In this document: positions 63,252 through 64,000 of the stretch, piece after piece | Position numbering within the stretch: position 1 is the first letter of the stretch | Layout of the letters: each line of letters starts with the position of its first letter | NCBI GenBank assembly: GCA_030141605.1 | Contig: JAQGDQ010000013.1 | Location: 386,447 to 450,446, forward strand | DNA from: Tubiluchus corallicola | Taxonomy: Eukaryota; Animalia; Priapulida | DNA length: 64,000 bases | Reading direction: 5' to 3' | Translations under genes and position numbers: made by a program | The notes under the pieces: model-generated | What the model was told of the DNA's origin: nothing | Seen by the model: the letters and a program-made list of their open reading frames with translations, nothing else | Databases searched by the model: none

Positions 63252-64000
63252 CTGCAACACGTACACTAACAATCATAATTATCATTACGTGAATGTGACA
63301 AAATTAACTCCCTCAGGACCGCGCCATTCAAAATAGGTATATTGGTCTTATAAGACCTACGACTTTTCTGCTACTGTATGAACACAGACATAACTAAATG
63401 ATTACAAATTAGCTACTGTTCTATTTAGCAGAATCTCAGCTATCCAATCAACCTATTTATTTAAACAATTATAAGTGATTTAACTGGAAAAATTAAGAAA
63501 AACATGCAATCTTCGCGCACTCCAACCTAGTCTATTGAGTAGCTTAGTCTGGTGTACACTTGTGTGATCCTATACACTATTTTATTGATAGTCTGCTTGC
63601 TACAGTTCAAGAGAACCCATCTATTGTACAGAGCTCCAGGAAAAGCCAACCGATCAGCCGAGGGCAAATTAAGACCATTTCATCTTTTGACAGGAATTTC
63701 CTTAAAAGCAAAGTACATTTGAGGTCAAAGTGTATCAGAGTGTTGTGTCTGGATAGTTGAAATTTTCTGCATTAATCAATTTCACACAAAAGACACTGTA
63801 CTTTGTTACAGTGCAAGCACTGCAGTTAATGAACGCTTTTTTGAATTTATTAGATTCAGAAATCGATTTTTAACTGGTCTAATGTTAGCAAATACATTTC
63901 ATATATAAATTTGCATGAAAATACATTGTGTGAAGAGTAGAAACCTTCAAAAATTATCAAATATAATGTAATCGCTGCTTAGTGAGAGCAGTTTTTCATG

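Overview
AT-rich, intron-containing DNA from an invertebrate animal, judged from GT-AG introns, GABA-B-like receptors and a morgue orthologue. I assembled six spliced genes by hand. (1) The 3' half of a GABA-B-like class C GPCR (+, 1060-8180). (2) The 5' part of a second GABA-B-like receptor (+, 10423-20243), for which I find no further exons. (3) Three 5' exons of a METTL2-type tRNA m3C methyltransferase (-, 24221-21789), also without visible continuation and missing from the ORF track. (4) A complete morgue gene (zinc finger + F-box + Cys-to-Gly E2 variant; +, 26563-32237). (5) A complete, atypical glucosidase II beta/PRKCSH-like gene with a type II membrane anchor and no HDEL (+, 36223-47371). 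(6) The 3' part of METTL13/eEF1A-KNMT (-, 63251-49753). Introns are full of non-autonomous DNA transposons (pogo/Tc1-like, hAT-like, PIF/Harbinger-like), decayed LINE ends and tandem arrays with 31, 51, 60 and 75 bp units; the arrays explain all the long low-complexity ORFs. Most notable: an inverted pair of minimal Penelope-type hammerhead ribozyme motifs (5046-5315), two convergent genes that both break off in the same 1.5 kb, a satellite apparently born from the last coding exon of morgue, and the membrane-anchored MRH lectin. All family assignments come from recalled motifs, not database searches.
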